NCBI GenBank assembly: GCA_016208745.1
Contig: JACQXN010000022.1
Location: 19,212-83,211, forward strand
Origin: Candidatus Portnoybacteria bacterium
Lineage (GTDB): Bacteria > Patescibacteriota > Minisyncoccia > Portnoybacterales > GWB1-42-6
Length of the DNA stretch: 64,000 nucleotides
Direction: 5' to 3'
The translations under genes and the position numbers were made by a program. A model generated the notes under the pieces. The model was not told the origin of the DNA, did not search any database, and saw only the letters and a list, made by a program, of their open reading frames with translations. Below, piece after piece: positions 55,797 through 64,000 of this stretch. Every line of letters begins with the position of its first letter. Position 1 is the stretch's first letter.

Positions 55797-56792
55797 TTAT
55801 TGGTTATTTAAATTTAATTCCTTCGTTATCCTTGTCCAATCTTCAGCTCTCAATGTTTCTGCCCTTTGGCTTGGCGAAATACCAGCTTTTTTTAAGGCCT
55901 CTTCAACTATTTTGCGGTTAATTTTTAACCCTTTTGTTAAGTTACCGGCTAATTGTTTGCGGGGAGCAGAAAAACCGGCGCGGACGACTTTAAAAAAATC
56001 ACTTGCCCCCTCCTTTTTAAAGGAGGGCTGGGGTGGATTTTCTTTTTCTACAAAATCCCCCTTAATCCCCCTTTTATAAAGGGGGAGATGGCTTTTTGGT
56101 ATAATCTTAATTATCGCCGAATCGACTTTTGGTTGCGGCCAGAAACAGCTTTTGGAAACATAATGCAAAATTTTTGGCTGGGCGTAAAATTGCACCGAAA
56201 CCGCCAAGAGACTCATTTCGGGCGGCTCGGCACAAATTCTTTGGGCTACTTCTTTTTGTACCATTAAAATCATTTCGCTTGGCGGATTATTTGATTCCAG
56301 AAACTTTCTAATAACGGGCGAGGTTATATAGTAAGGAAGATTGGCGACGAGTTTGTAATTATATACTTTTGTCATCCCGGGCTTGAACCGGGATCCAGAC
56401 GTCGTTCCTGCGAAAGCAGGGATCTGCTCATTATCCTGGATTCCCGTTTTCACGGGAATGACAAAAAGCGAGGTAATTGGAAATTTCAAGGCATCGCCTT
56501 CTATAATCTCTGCATTTCCATAATCTCTTAGTGTCTCTTTTAAAATTTGAATCATATTTCTCCCTTTTTCAATTGCGATAACCCTTTTTGCTTTTTTGGC
56601 TAATTCTTGTGTTAGCGTGCCAAGGCCCGGTCCAATTTCCAAAATCGTGTCGGCTTTTTTTATTTGTGCGGCTTCAATAATCTTATCTAATATATTTTTG
56701 TCAATTAAAAAATTCTGACCAAGCTGTTTTAGGGGCGTGGTGCCATATTTTGATAGCAGATATTTAATTGTTTGCGCGGATAAAAGGTTCAT
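55797..56792 (-). CDS. rsmA: 16S rRNA (adenine1518/1519-N6)-dimethyltransferase RsmA/KsgA carrying two in-frame repeat-element insertions
   Basis: SAM motif ILEIGPGLGTLT, NLPYYITSP catalytic motif, PQPKVDSAII. At 331 aa it is ~50-60 aa longer than typical KsgA. Confidence 0.8.
   Translation of the reverse strand: MNLLSAQTIKYLLSKYGTTPLKQLGQNFLIDKNILDKIIEAAQIKKADTILEIGPGLGTLTQELAKKAKRVIAIEKGRNMIQILKETLRDYGNAEIIEGDALKFPITSLFVIPVKTGIQDNEQIPAFAGTTSGSRFKPGMTKVYNYKLVANLPYYITSPVIRKFLESNNPPSEMILMVQKEVAQRICAEPPEMSLLAVSVQFYAQPKILHYVSKSCFWPQPKVDSAIIKIIPKSHLPLYKRGIKGDFVEKENPPQPSFKKEGASDFFKVVRAGFSAPRKQLAGNLTKGLKINRKIVEEALKKAGISPSQRAETLRAEDWTRITKELNLNNQ
56006..56090. repeat. GC-rich hairpin element (family B copy) in-frame in rsmA
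   Basis: CCCCTCCTTTTTAAAGGAGGG..ctggggtggatttt..aaaatcccccttaatCCCCCTTTATAAAGGGGGagatgg. Encodes ...KGDFVEKENPPQPSFKKEGA... inside KsgA. Confidence 0.75.
56371..56462. repeat. Family C hairpin repeat in-frame in rsmA
   Basis: GTCATCCCGGGcttgaaCCGGGAT..CCTGCgaaaGCAGG..GGATTCCCGttttcaCGGGAATGAC. Encodes FPITSLFVIPVKTGIQDNEQIPAFAGTTSGSRFKPGMT between DALKF and KLVANLPYY. Confidence 0.75.
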
Positions 56793-56805
56793 TCTAAAGA
56801 GAAAA

Positions 56806-56972
56806 TTATAAATCCAAAATCCTAAACTCTAAATAAACTCAAAATTCAAATGTTCTAAATTTAAAACTTCTGATTTTGTCATTCCGGCGAAATCCGGACT
56901 CTAGGTTCGTTTTAGATTTTGGATTTTGGTTATTGGGATTTGTTTAGAGTTTAGGATTTAGAATTTAGGGTT
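56806..56972. repeat. ~165 bp imperfect palindrome around a family C-like mini hairpin
   Basis: AAATCCTAAACTCTAAA at 56819-56835 and its exact reverse complement at 56942-56958. Second arm pair AAATCCAAAATCC/GGATTTTGGATTT. Centre is ttgtcattCCGGCgaaatCCGGa. Confidence 0.55.
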
Positions 56973-56974
56973 TT

Positions 56975-58918
56975 TTAGAAATCGTATTCTCCAAACTCTT
57001 CCGGCTCGCCAATTAAGTCTATGAGATGCTTTGGTATATCAAATAAAAACCTTGAGGGCGGATTGACTTGGATGCTGCCATATAAGTTTCTTTGCTGGGC
57101 AAAAGTTAAAAAAAGCTGTTCTTTGGCGCGCGTTATGCCAACATAGCAAAGCCGCCGTTCTTCCTCCATTTGCCAAACATCCATCATTGAGCGGGAATGC
57201 GGAAACAGGCCTTCTTCGCAGCCGATAATAAAAATCACGGGAAATTCAAGACCCTTGGCGCAATGAAGCGTCATTAGATTAACCAAGTCTTTTTGTGTTT
57301 CCACGTCATCATGATTTGACATTAGCGCTACTTCTTCCAAAAAAGAGGATAAACCTTCTTGGGGGCTTAGCGCGTCATATTTTTTGGTCACTGAAAAAAG
57401 TTCCTCAACATTTTCCCATCGGCAATCCCCCTCTGGCGAGCCGTCTCGCAAATAATTTTCCAATCCGATTTTTTTAATGACTTGCTTTAGGGTTTGCGAA
57501 AGAGGTAGAATTTTTGCGGTTTCTCTTAAGTCAGAAATTAAATCCTGAAAGTCTTTTAGGGCTTTGGTTTTTCTTGGGGTGAGCTCTGATATGAGTGCTT
57601 CACTTGGCCGGGTTAATAAATCAACAGCTCGCTTATCTTTTCCCAGCCCCCGCGGCGGCAAGTTGATGATTCTTTCAAGGCTTAGCGCATCTTGCGGGTT
57701 CTGGATAAAGCGCAGATAGGCGATTAGGTCCTTAATTTCCTTGCGTTCATAAAATTTAAGCGTGCCGATAACTTTATAAGGAAAGCCGAATTTCAAAAAC
57801 GCTTCTTCAATTGCCCGCGACTGGGCATTGGTGCGGTAAAGCACAGCAAAGTCCTTAAAGGATAATCCCCTTTTTGATTTCTGGCGGCTGATTTCCTGAA
57901 TAACAAACTGGCCCTCATCTCCCTCATCTTTGGCGGCAAAAAAAGTTATTTTGTGGCCGGCAGAATTTTCTGTCCAAAGCTGTTTGTCTTTGCGATTGAT
58001 ATTTTTTGAGATGATTGCCTGGCTAGCATCTAAAATGTTTTGGGTGGAGCGATAGTTTTGTTCTAAAAACACTAGTTTTGCTTCGGGGTAATCCTTTTCA
58101 AAATTTAAGATATTGCGGAAATCCGCTCCCCGGAAAGCATAGATTGACTGGTCAAAATCGCCGACCGCGCAAATGTTCCGGTTTTTGGCAGCCAAAAGAT
58201 TAACAAAGACATATTGAGCATGGTTTGTGTCCTGATATTCGTCAACTAAAAGATATTTAAAGCGATCTTGATATTTTTCCAGAATTTCGGGGTGGTCTTT
58301 AAAAAGTTTATTTGCCAACATCAGCAAGTCATCAAAATCCATTGCATTGTGACTTTTGAGGCCGGCCTGATATTTCTCGTAAACTCTTGAAACTATCTGC
58401 TGAAAATATTCAGCGCCTGACTGGCTGTAGAGTTTTTGATCTATGAGTTCGCTTTTGGCTTGCGAGATTATAGCTTGGATTGTCTGGGGTTTAAATTGTT
58501 CTTGAGAAATTTCCAAATCAGCCATCACCTTTTTTACTAAAGCCAAGCTGTCTTTGTCGTCAAAAATGACAAAATCCTTTTTATAGCCCAAAAGCTCTGC
58601 TTCTTGACGCAGAATTCTGGCGCAAATTGAATGGAACGTGCCAACTAAAGGCAGGTGAGCCGGCGTTTGGGGCTTAGCAAATTGATTATAAGCCAAAAGT
58701 TTTTGCAGGCGTTGCTTCATTTCGTCGGCTGCCTTATTGGTAAAGGTGACGGCCATTATGCTTTGTGGCGCCACCCCCTGTTCTATTAAATAGGCAACGC
58801 GGTGAGTCAGGACTTTTGTTTTGCCAGAGCCCGGACCAGCCACAACCAAAATCGGGCCTTCGGTTGTAATCACGGCCTCGCGTTGTTTTTCGTTAAGAGA
58901 GTTTATAATAGAAGACAT
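56975..58918 (-). CDS. pcrA: ATP-dependent DNA helicase, UvrD/PcrA/Rep family
   Basis: AGPGSGKT Walker A, helicase motifs II-VI; 647 aa. Confidence 0.85.
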   Translation of the reverse strand: MSSIINSLNEKQREAVITTEGPILVVAGPGSGKTKVLTHRVAYLIEQGVAPQSIMAVTFTNKAADEMKQRLQKLLAYNQFAKPQTPAHLPLVGTFHSICARILRQEAELLGYKKDFVIFDDKDSLALVKKVMADLEISQEQFKPQTIQAIISQAKSELIDQKLYSQSGAEYFQQIVSRVYEKYQAGLKSHNAMDFDDLLMLANKLFKDHPEILEKYQDRFKYLLVDEYQDTNHAQYVFVNLLAAKNRNICAVGDFDQSIYAFRGADFRNILNFEKDYPEAKLVFLEQNYRSTQNILDASQAIISKNINRKDKQLWTENSAGHKITFFAAKDEGDEGQFVIQEISRQKSKRGLSFKDFAVLYRTNAQSRAIEEAFLKFGFPYKVIGTLKFYERKEIKDLIAYLRFIQNPQDALSLERIINLPPRGLGKDKRAVDLLTRPSEALISELTPRKTKALKDFQDLISDLRETAKILPLSQTLKQVIKKIGLENYLRDGSPEGDCRWENVEELFSVTKKYDALSPQEGLSSFLEEVALMSNHDDVETQKDLVNLMTLHCAKGLEFPVIFIIGCEEGLFPHSRSMMDVWQMEEERRLCYVGITRAKEQLFLTFAQQRNLYGSIQVNPPSRFLFDIPKHLIDLIGEPEEFGEYDF

Positions 58919-59168
58919 TTTTTATCCAGTATAACGCAAAAGCGGAAAAACTAAAAATAGGATACCGTGATTCACGACAATCTCATACGTTTGCAGTTGT
59001 TGTGCGGTATTGCTTCGTCGCCCCGCCCGCTGTGGCGGGCTTGGCTCCTCGCAATGACAGGGCGGTGTTTTTACGCACAATTTTTAGTTTCTTTGCCTGT
59101 TAATTTCTTGTGGACAGATTTCTTGACCCGTTATACCAAAAAATGCTAGGATTTATAGGCAGCAAAGG

Positions 59169-60344
59169 ATGAGTACAACCCTTAAAAATCCCTCAAATAA
59201 GCCAAAAATGGCCTTGAGGGAGTCAAGGAAAAGTATTCGCCAAATGGTATTTGGCGCTTTTATGATTAAGAAGAAATGGCTGTTAAGCGCAGCCGTTATT
59301 TTATTTACTTTTATTACGCTAGATTGTTTCTGCGCTCCTCCGTTTAAAGACATTTCTGAAAAACCAATTTTGTTTAACAAAGAAGAAACGCAGGTAGTTT
59401 TTGGACAAATATTTTCAAACCAGGAGCAGTCGCTTATTGGAAGCGCGGGAATTTTAGGCGGCCCATCGATTTTAGGATCTCTGGTCGCTTCTGTGGCGCA
59501 AGCGAGCATTGATTTTTCCGCTGACGATGCTTTTGAGGACGCAGACTTACTGCTGCTCCAGGAGAATTCTTTAATATCAGCCAATAATCCGGCTGGCACA
59601 GTTGGTTTTTCCGAATTTAATCGTGAAGTTAGGACTTACGTTGTAAAACAAGGCGACACGCCCGAGGAGATTGCCATCTCTTTTGGTATTAATTCCTATA
59701 CTTTGCTTTGGGCCAATAACTTAAGAGATGGTGATATTATCAGGCCAGGCGATAAGCTGACAATTTTGCCGATTAACGGGGTGAGAGTTAAAGTTGGCGC
59801 GGCGGATACAGTAGCCTCTTTGGCAAAAAAGTACAAAGGTGATTCAATGGAAATCATAGCTTTTAATAGCCTTCCGCTTGACGGAGCGCTTAAGGCTGGC
59901 GAATACATCATTATTCCTGATGGCGAAACGCCTAGCCTGCCTAAGCCAAAATATACAGCGCCGGCTACAAAATATGCCAAATCAACCACGCCGGCTAGCA
60001 GCTGGTTGATCTGGCCGACATCCGGACAAAACTGGGGCAGGATTCATGGTAATAACGGCGTTGACGTTGCCAATAAATGCGGCACGCCGATATACGCGGC
60101 CGCTACTGGCAAAGTTATTATTTCAGATGGCGTTGGTTGGAATGGCGGTTATGGTAAGTATGTTAAGATACAACATCCAAATGGCGTAGCCACTCTTTAT
60201 GCTCATGCCACCCAACTTTTGGTCTCGGCCGGAGAACAGGTTGGACAGGGTCAGGTGATCGCTTTGATGGGCACCACCGGCCGCTCTACTGGCTGTCATT
60301 TGCATTTTGAGGTGAGAGGCGCGGCCAATCCATTAGCTAGGTAA
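59169..60344 (+). CDS. LysM-domain M23-family peptidoglycan metalloendopeptidase
   Basis: Two LysM repeats (YVVKQGDTPEEIA; DKLTILP) and C-terminal M23 motifs (HGNNGVDV...; HLHFEV). Confidence 0.8.
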   Translation: MSTTLKNPSNKPKMALRESRKSIRQMVFGAFMIKKKWLLSAAVILFTFITLDCFCAPPFKDISEKPILFNKEETQVVFGQIFSNQEQSLIGSAGILGGPSILGSLVASVAQASIDFSADDAFEDADLLLLQENSLISANNPAGTVGFSEFNREVRTYVVKQGDTPEEIAISFGINSYTLLWANNLRDGDIIRPGDKLTILPINGVRVKVGAADTVASLAKKYKGDSMEIIAFNSLPLDGALKAGEYIIIPDGETPSLPKPKYTAPATKYAKSTTPASSWLIWPTSGQNWGRIHGNNGVDVANKCGTPIYAAATGKVIISDGVGWNGGYGKYVKIQHPNGVATLYAHATQLLVSAGEQVGQGQVIALMGTTGRSTGCHLHFEVRGAANPLAR

Positions 60345-60384
60345 TATTTGTAGAACTAGATAGGAATTATTAAAAAGCCCGAGA

Positions 60385-60450
60385 GGGCTTTTTAAAGTTA
60401 CGAATATCTAATTCCTAATTCCTAATTTCTAATAAAAATCCCAATGCCCA
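60385..60450. repeat. Low-complexity CTAATTCC-type intergenic repeat (family F copy)
   Basis: tctaattcctaattcctaatttctaataaaaatcccaatgcccaatg; inverse relation to 19220-19277. Confidence 0.5.
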
Positions 60451-60564
60451 ATGTTAAAAAATAAAGCAGCGGACATTTTATTGGGGATTGAGAATTATTT
60501 AGGTCAATTAGCCCGCCCTCGGCAAGCCGAAGGCGAGGCCGGGGAAATTAGGTTAATTAGAAAT

Positions 60565-62103
60565 TTAATTTTCTTCCTTCGGTCTATATTGCAATGCTTC
60601 AGCCAAATACTGGGTTTTGATTTCCGCGTCTTGAGCCAAATCAGCAATGGTTCTGGCCAGTTTCAAAATCCGATGATAAGAGCGGGCTGATAAATGCATT
60701 GTGTTAACCGCATTCTTCAAAATTTGCTGGCCAGTTGAATCAATCGGGCAATACCTCTTTATTTGCCGTAAATCCATTTCTGAATTGGTGACAATATTTT
60801 CTTCTTTGAATCTTTCTTTTTGTATTTCTCGAGCTTGCCCAACCCTTTCTCTTATTAAAGCGCTTTCTTCGGCCACTTTTTCTGTGGCCAGCTTATCATA
60901 TTTTATTGGCGGCACTTCAATATGCAGATCAATGCGGTCTATTAATGGTCCGGAAACTCGTCTTTTGTATTTGGCAATTTGTCCTTGTGAGCAAACGCAA
61001 TGTTTGGCAGGATTGGTTAAATTGCCGCAGGGACAGGGATTCATTGCCGCTACTAAAATAAAACGGGCGGGGAAATTGAGCGTGCCCTGCGCCCGGGAAA
61101 CAGTAATAATGCCGTCTTCCAGGGGCTGTCGCAAGGCCTCCAAGACATCGCGGTGAAATTCCGGGAATTCATCTAAAAACAAAACGCCCCGGTGGGCTAA
61201 AGTTATTTCCCCGGGTTTGGGATGATTGCCGCCGCCAACCAAGGCAGGCGCTGAAGCGGTATGATGAGGGCTGCGAAAAGGCCGCTCGGTGATTAATGGT
61301 TTTGAATTGCCAAGACGGCCAGCCACGCTGAAAATTTTAGTTACATCCAAAGCCTCCCCAAGATTTAATGGGGGCAGAATTGTTGGCAGGGTCCGCGCTA
61401 ACAATGTTTTGCCAGCGCCGGGCGGGCCAGACATTGCTATGTTGTGGCCGCCAGCAGCGGCGATTTCAAGCGCCCGTTTGGCGCTCTCTTGGCCTTTAAC
61501 ATAGGCCATGTCATATGGGGAGTCGCTTTCTATATAATATTGGCTAACATCGGTTAGGGGGCTGGATTCAATTAATTGTTTGCTTTCAAGATGTAAAAAT
61601 AGATCTTCTAAATTTTGGGCGCCAAAAACCTTTATGCCTTTAACGAGCGCTGCTTCAGCGGCGTCAGCTTTGGGTAAAAAAATATTTTCAAAGCCTCTAG
61701 CTTTGGCCATAAGCGCCAGAGCCAAAGCGCCATTTGTATGGCGCAGTCCCCCTTCCAAGGATAGCTCGCCGATAAAAAGAGATTTGGCTAAGTCTATGTT
61801 TTTTGGCGCCACTTGTTCAGAAGCAATCAAAAAAGCTACGGCAATTGGCAGATCGTAGCTTGGCCCTTCTTTTTTTAAATCAGCTGGCGCCAGATTGACT
61901 GTTACGCGGCGGTTGGAATGATGCGGCGGTGAGGCGCCCGAGTTTTTAATAGCCGAAGAAACTCTTTCTTTTGACTCCTTAATTGCGGCATCAGGCAAGC
62001 CGACAATAGAAAAATTATGCAAACCCGGCGACATATCAACTTCGACTTCAATCGGCAGGCAGTCAAGGCCAATTAAAGCAGCGGAATAGACTTTGGAAGG
62101 CAT
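60565..62103 (-). CDS. comM: YifB/ComM-family Mg-chelatase-like AAA+ ATPase
   Basis: N-terminal Lon-protease-like S5 domain fold, GPPGAGKT Walker A, C-terminal Mg-chelatase subunit ChlI domain; 512 aa. Confidence 0.85.
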   Translation of the reverse strand: MPSKVYSAALIGLDCLPIEVEVDMSPGLHNFSIVGLPDAAIKESKERVSSAIKNSGASPPHHSNRRVTVNLAPADLKKEGPSYDLPIAVAFLIASEQVAPKNIDLAKSLFIGELSLEGGLRHTNGALALALMAKARGFENIFLPKADAAEAALVKGIKVFGAQNLEDLFLHLESKQLIESSPLTDVSQYYIESDSPYDMAYVKGQESAKRALEIAAAGGHNIAMSGPPGAGKTLLARTLPTILPPLNLGEALDVTKIFSVAGRLGNSKPLITERPFRSPHHTASAPALVGGGNHPKPGEITLAHRGVLFLDEFPEFHRDVLEALRQPLEDGIITVSRAQGTLNFPARFILVAAMNPCPCGNLTNPAKHCVCSQGQIAKYKRRVSGPLIDRIDLHIEVPPIKYDKLATEKVAEESALIRERVGQAREIQKERFKEENIVTNSEMDLRQIKRYCPIDSTGQQILKNAVNTMHLSARSYHRILKLARTIADLAQDAEIKTQYLAEALQYRPKEEN

Positions 62104-62254
62104 AAGATTTAACGATAATTAGAAATAATCTAAAATGTAAATATCAAAAATCAAAATGACAATGTAAAATGCAAAATTATTAAATTCATTTTTAAATTTT
62201 GTTCGTCAACTGGCGGATCATTTTCCATTTTGATTTTTGCATTTTTAATTACTT

Positions 62255-63859
62255 TCAATAAATTGGCAGCTCGACGAAGAATGTCGAGCCTTTCCCTTCT
62301 CCTTCGCTTTCAGCCCAAACTTTGCCTTTGTGCTCTTCAATTAGTTTTTTGGCCACATAAAGCCCTAGGCCTATGCCCTCAGTCCAGAGTTTGGGCACTT
62401 TTTTGCCTCGCACAAATTTACCAAAAATCATTGCTAGTTCTTCCCCGTCCATTCCAATGCCCGTGTCTTTAACCGAGAATAAAGTTTTATTGCCGGCTGA
62501 TTTAGCCAGCTTTATCTCCACATATCCTTCGTGAGTATATTTAATGGCATTATCAATTAAATTCATAATCACTTGGCGCAGTTTTTCTGAATCAGCCCGA
62601 ACAATCATTTTATCGTAAAACTGCGGATCCCATTTTAACTCCAGCCTTTTCTTGTCAGCGGTGGTTTTAAGTTCGTCAGCAACACTACTGACAAGCTCTG
62701 TCAGCGATATAGATTCCCATTTAAATTGCATTTTCCCCCCTTCTATGCGGGAGATATCAAGCAGATCATCAATTAGATGGCTTAATCTTTCGTTGCTGGC
62801 GTTTATTTTTTCTAAAATTTCTTTAGCTTGGTTGGGTAAGGATCCATAAGTTCCTTCAGTCAGCATGGAAACAAAGCCTTTGATAATAGAAAGCGGAGTG
62901 CGCAACTGATGCGAGGCAATAGAGATAAATTCTGATTTAGCTTTGTCTAACCTTTGTAAGTCTTCGTTGGCCTTTTTTAGTTGTTCTGTTAGCGCTGTTA
63001 ATTCTTCTCTGGTCCTGACTTCTTTTAAAACACCGCGAATGAGGAGGATGCTAAAGAAAGAAACGGCGCCAAAAAGTGAAAAATTAAGCACAACTGCGTT
63101 TACTGATTCAGAAAACAGAGCATTAATTAGGAGGATTAATGATATGAGAGCACCAAAAATTTCCGTGGCAATAACTTTTACATTCATCAGATGGTGTTTT
63201 AAAATCGCATAGACAATAAAAACAACCATCGGGATTGTCATTACCTGTCCCAGCCAATTGAAATAAAAGATATTGAATGAGGGGAGAGTCAAATTGGAAA
63301 AGTTGGCTAAAATAGTCGGGATAAATGTGCCCCATAAAATAAATCGGATCTGCACTTTATTGATGCCCGAGGCAGACCAGTATTTTTTAAAAAGGATAAA
63401 AAATAAGACCGAAAAATAGAGCAGAAAATAAATATTATAAACTAAATAATAAGCCCCCCAGAGGATTTCTTTTTCTTGGCCCGACCCTATTTTGACGCCG
63501 CTCACAATATATCCGTTTCTGGCTGCCATAACTGCAAGAATAATCGTAGGCAGCCACATAAAAAACCGGACATATTTATTGACATTTATCTGGCCCTCAG
63601 GGAGGGTGAAGACAAAATACATAAGAGTTGGCGGGATAAGCAGGGCGACTTCGTATAAAATCCTTACCCAAAAAATAGCGTCCTGCTGGGCGTTTGCGTT
63701 TCTAAAAAGAAACATGGCGACACACCAAGAAACAAGCGAGACAACAAACAAGCTAAACCATTGGTTTAGCTTGTTTTTGGGGTTCCTAAAATATACAAAC
63801 CCTCCTAGTAGGCTATTTGTAATAGCAGCTATAATAATTAGAATATTTTGTATATCCAT
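62255..63859 (-). CDS. Sensor histidine kinase with polytopic (~7-8 TM) N-terminal sensor domain
   Basis: HisKA H-box SHQLRTPLSIIKGF and HATPase_c N/G boxes (NLIDNAIKYT; DTGIGM; GIGLGLYV); 534 aa. Confidence 0.8.
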   Translation of the reverse strand: MDIQNILIIIAAITNSLLGGFVYFRNPKNKLNQWFSLFVVSLVSWCVAMFLFRNANAQQDAIFWVRILYEVALLIPPTLMYFVFTLPEGQINVNKYVRFFMWLPTIILAVMAARNGYIVSGVKIGSGQEKEILWGAYYLVYNIYFLLYFSVLFFILFKKYWSASGINKVQIRFILWGTFIPTILANFSNLTLPSFNIFYFNWLGQVMTIPMVVFIVYAILKHHLMNVKVIATEIFGALISLILLINALFSESVNAVVLNFSLFGAVSFFSILLIRGVLKEVRTREELTALTEQLKKANEDLQRLDKAKSEFISIASHQLRTPLSIIKGFVSMLTEGTYGSLPNQAKEILEKINASNERLSHLIDDLLDISRIEGGKMQFKWESISLTELVSSVADELKTTADKKRLELKWDPQFYDKMIVRADSEKLRQVIMNLIDNAIKYTHEGYVEIKLAKSAGNKTLFSVKDTGIGMDGEELAMIFGKFVRGKKVPKLWTEGIGLGLYVAKKLIEEHKGKVWAESEGEGKGSTFFVELPIY

Positions 63860-63865
63860 TTGCCG

Positions 63866-64000
63866 CTAGCAGTTGTGCAATTTTTCTGTAATTATTTTTT
63901 TGATTTCATTTATTTTTTCAGGCGCATAAACCTTGCCCGAGCGCTGGTAGTTGTCTATTCTAAAACCCAATAATTCCCCGAGTTCGCCAAATTGATTAAT
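63866..64000 (-). CDS. C-terminal fragment of an unidentified CDS extending beyond window end
   Basis: 44 in-frame sense codons ending at TAG 63866-63868, 6 nt upstream of the kinase start codon. Confidence 0.3.
   Translation of the reverse strand: MNQFGELGELLGFRIDNYQRSGKVYAPEKINEIKKIITEKLHNC

Noticed and set aside
1303-56090. Possibility that the dispersed GC-rich repeats are a CRISPR array
   Set aside because: Copies are not regularly spaced, are separated by whole genes, occur in both orientations, differ in length, and no cas genes are present.
1-64000. Alternative genetic code (UGA sense, as in some CPR lineages)
   Set aside because: Long conserved genes (dnaA, uvrB, polA, PBP) end at TGA/TAA/TAG where expected, and no in-frame TGA is needed to restore conserved proteins.

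Overview
This 64 kb window is a chromosomal segment of a low-GC, small-genome bacterium with standard genetic code. The gene content suggests a Patescibacteria/CPR-like organism: lamin-tail-domain protein, DUF3048, stand-alone PilB, a T4SS-like cluster, FemAB, and many small genes. It carries the replication-origin neighbourhood: rpmH-rnpA-yidD-yidC-jag diverging from dnaA-dnaN, with an AT-rich dnaA-dnaN spacer bearing DnaA-box-like motifs. Also present are DNA repair and replication genes (uvrB, ruvA, ruvB, yebC, ruvC, polA, holA, pcrA, comM), tyrS/aspS and rpsT. Cell-envelope genes include a MurE-like ligase, a FemAB transferase, a class A PBP, an M23/LysM peptidase, a flippase and two O-antigen-ligase-like proteins. 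An IS1595-family element sits just downstream of uvrB. An ~12 kb minus-strand type IV secretion-like cluster (43066-54942) contains a split VirB4, a VirB6-like protein, and a pilin-like/M15 peptidase. No rRNA, tRNA or CRISPR was found. The most striking feature is a superfamily of short GC-rich nested-hairpin (palindromic) elements scattered through this AT-rich window, at least 13 copies. Several copies lie inside essential genes (uvrB, murE-like, femAB, rsmA twice) with the reading frame preserved, resembling Rickettsia-palindromic-element-style peptide insertions, and one copy splits virB4. Further structured repeat families, one apparent frameshift and two long coding poly(A) tracts inside T4SS-like genes are also described.
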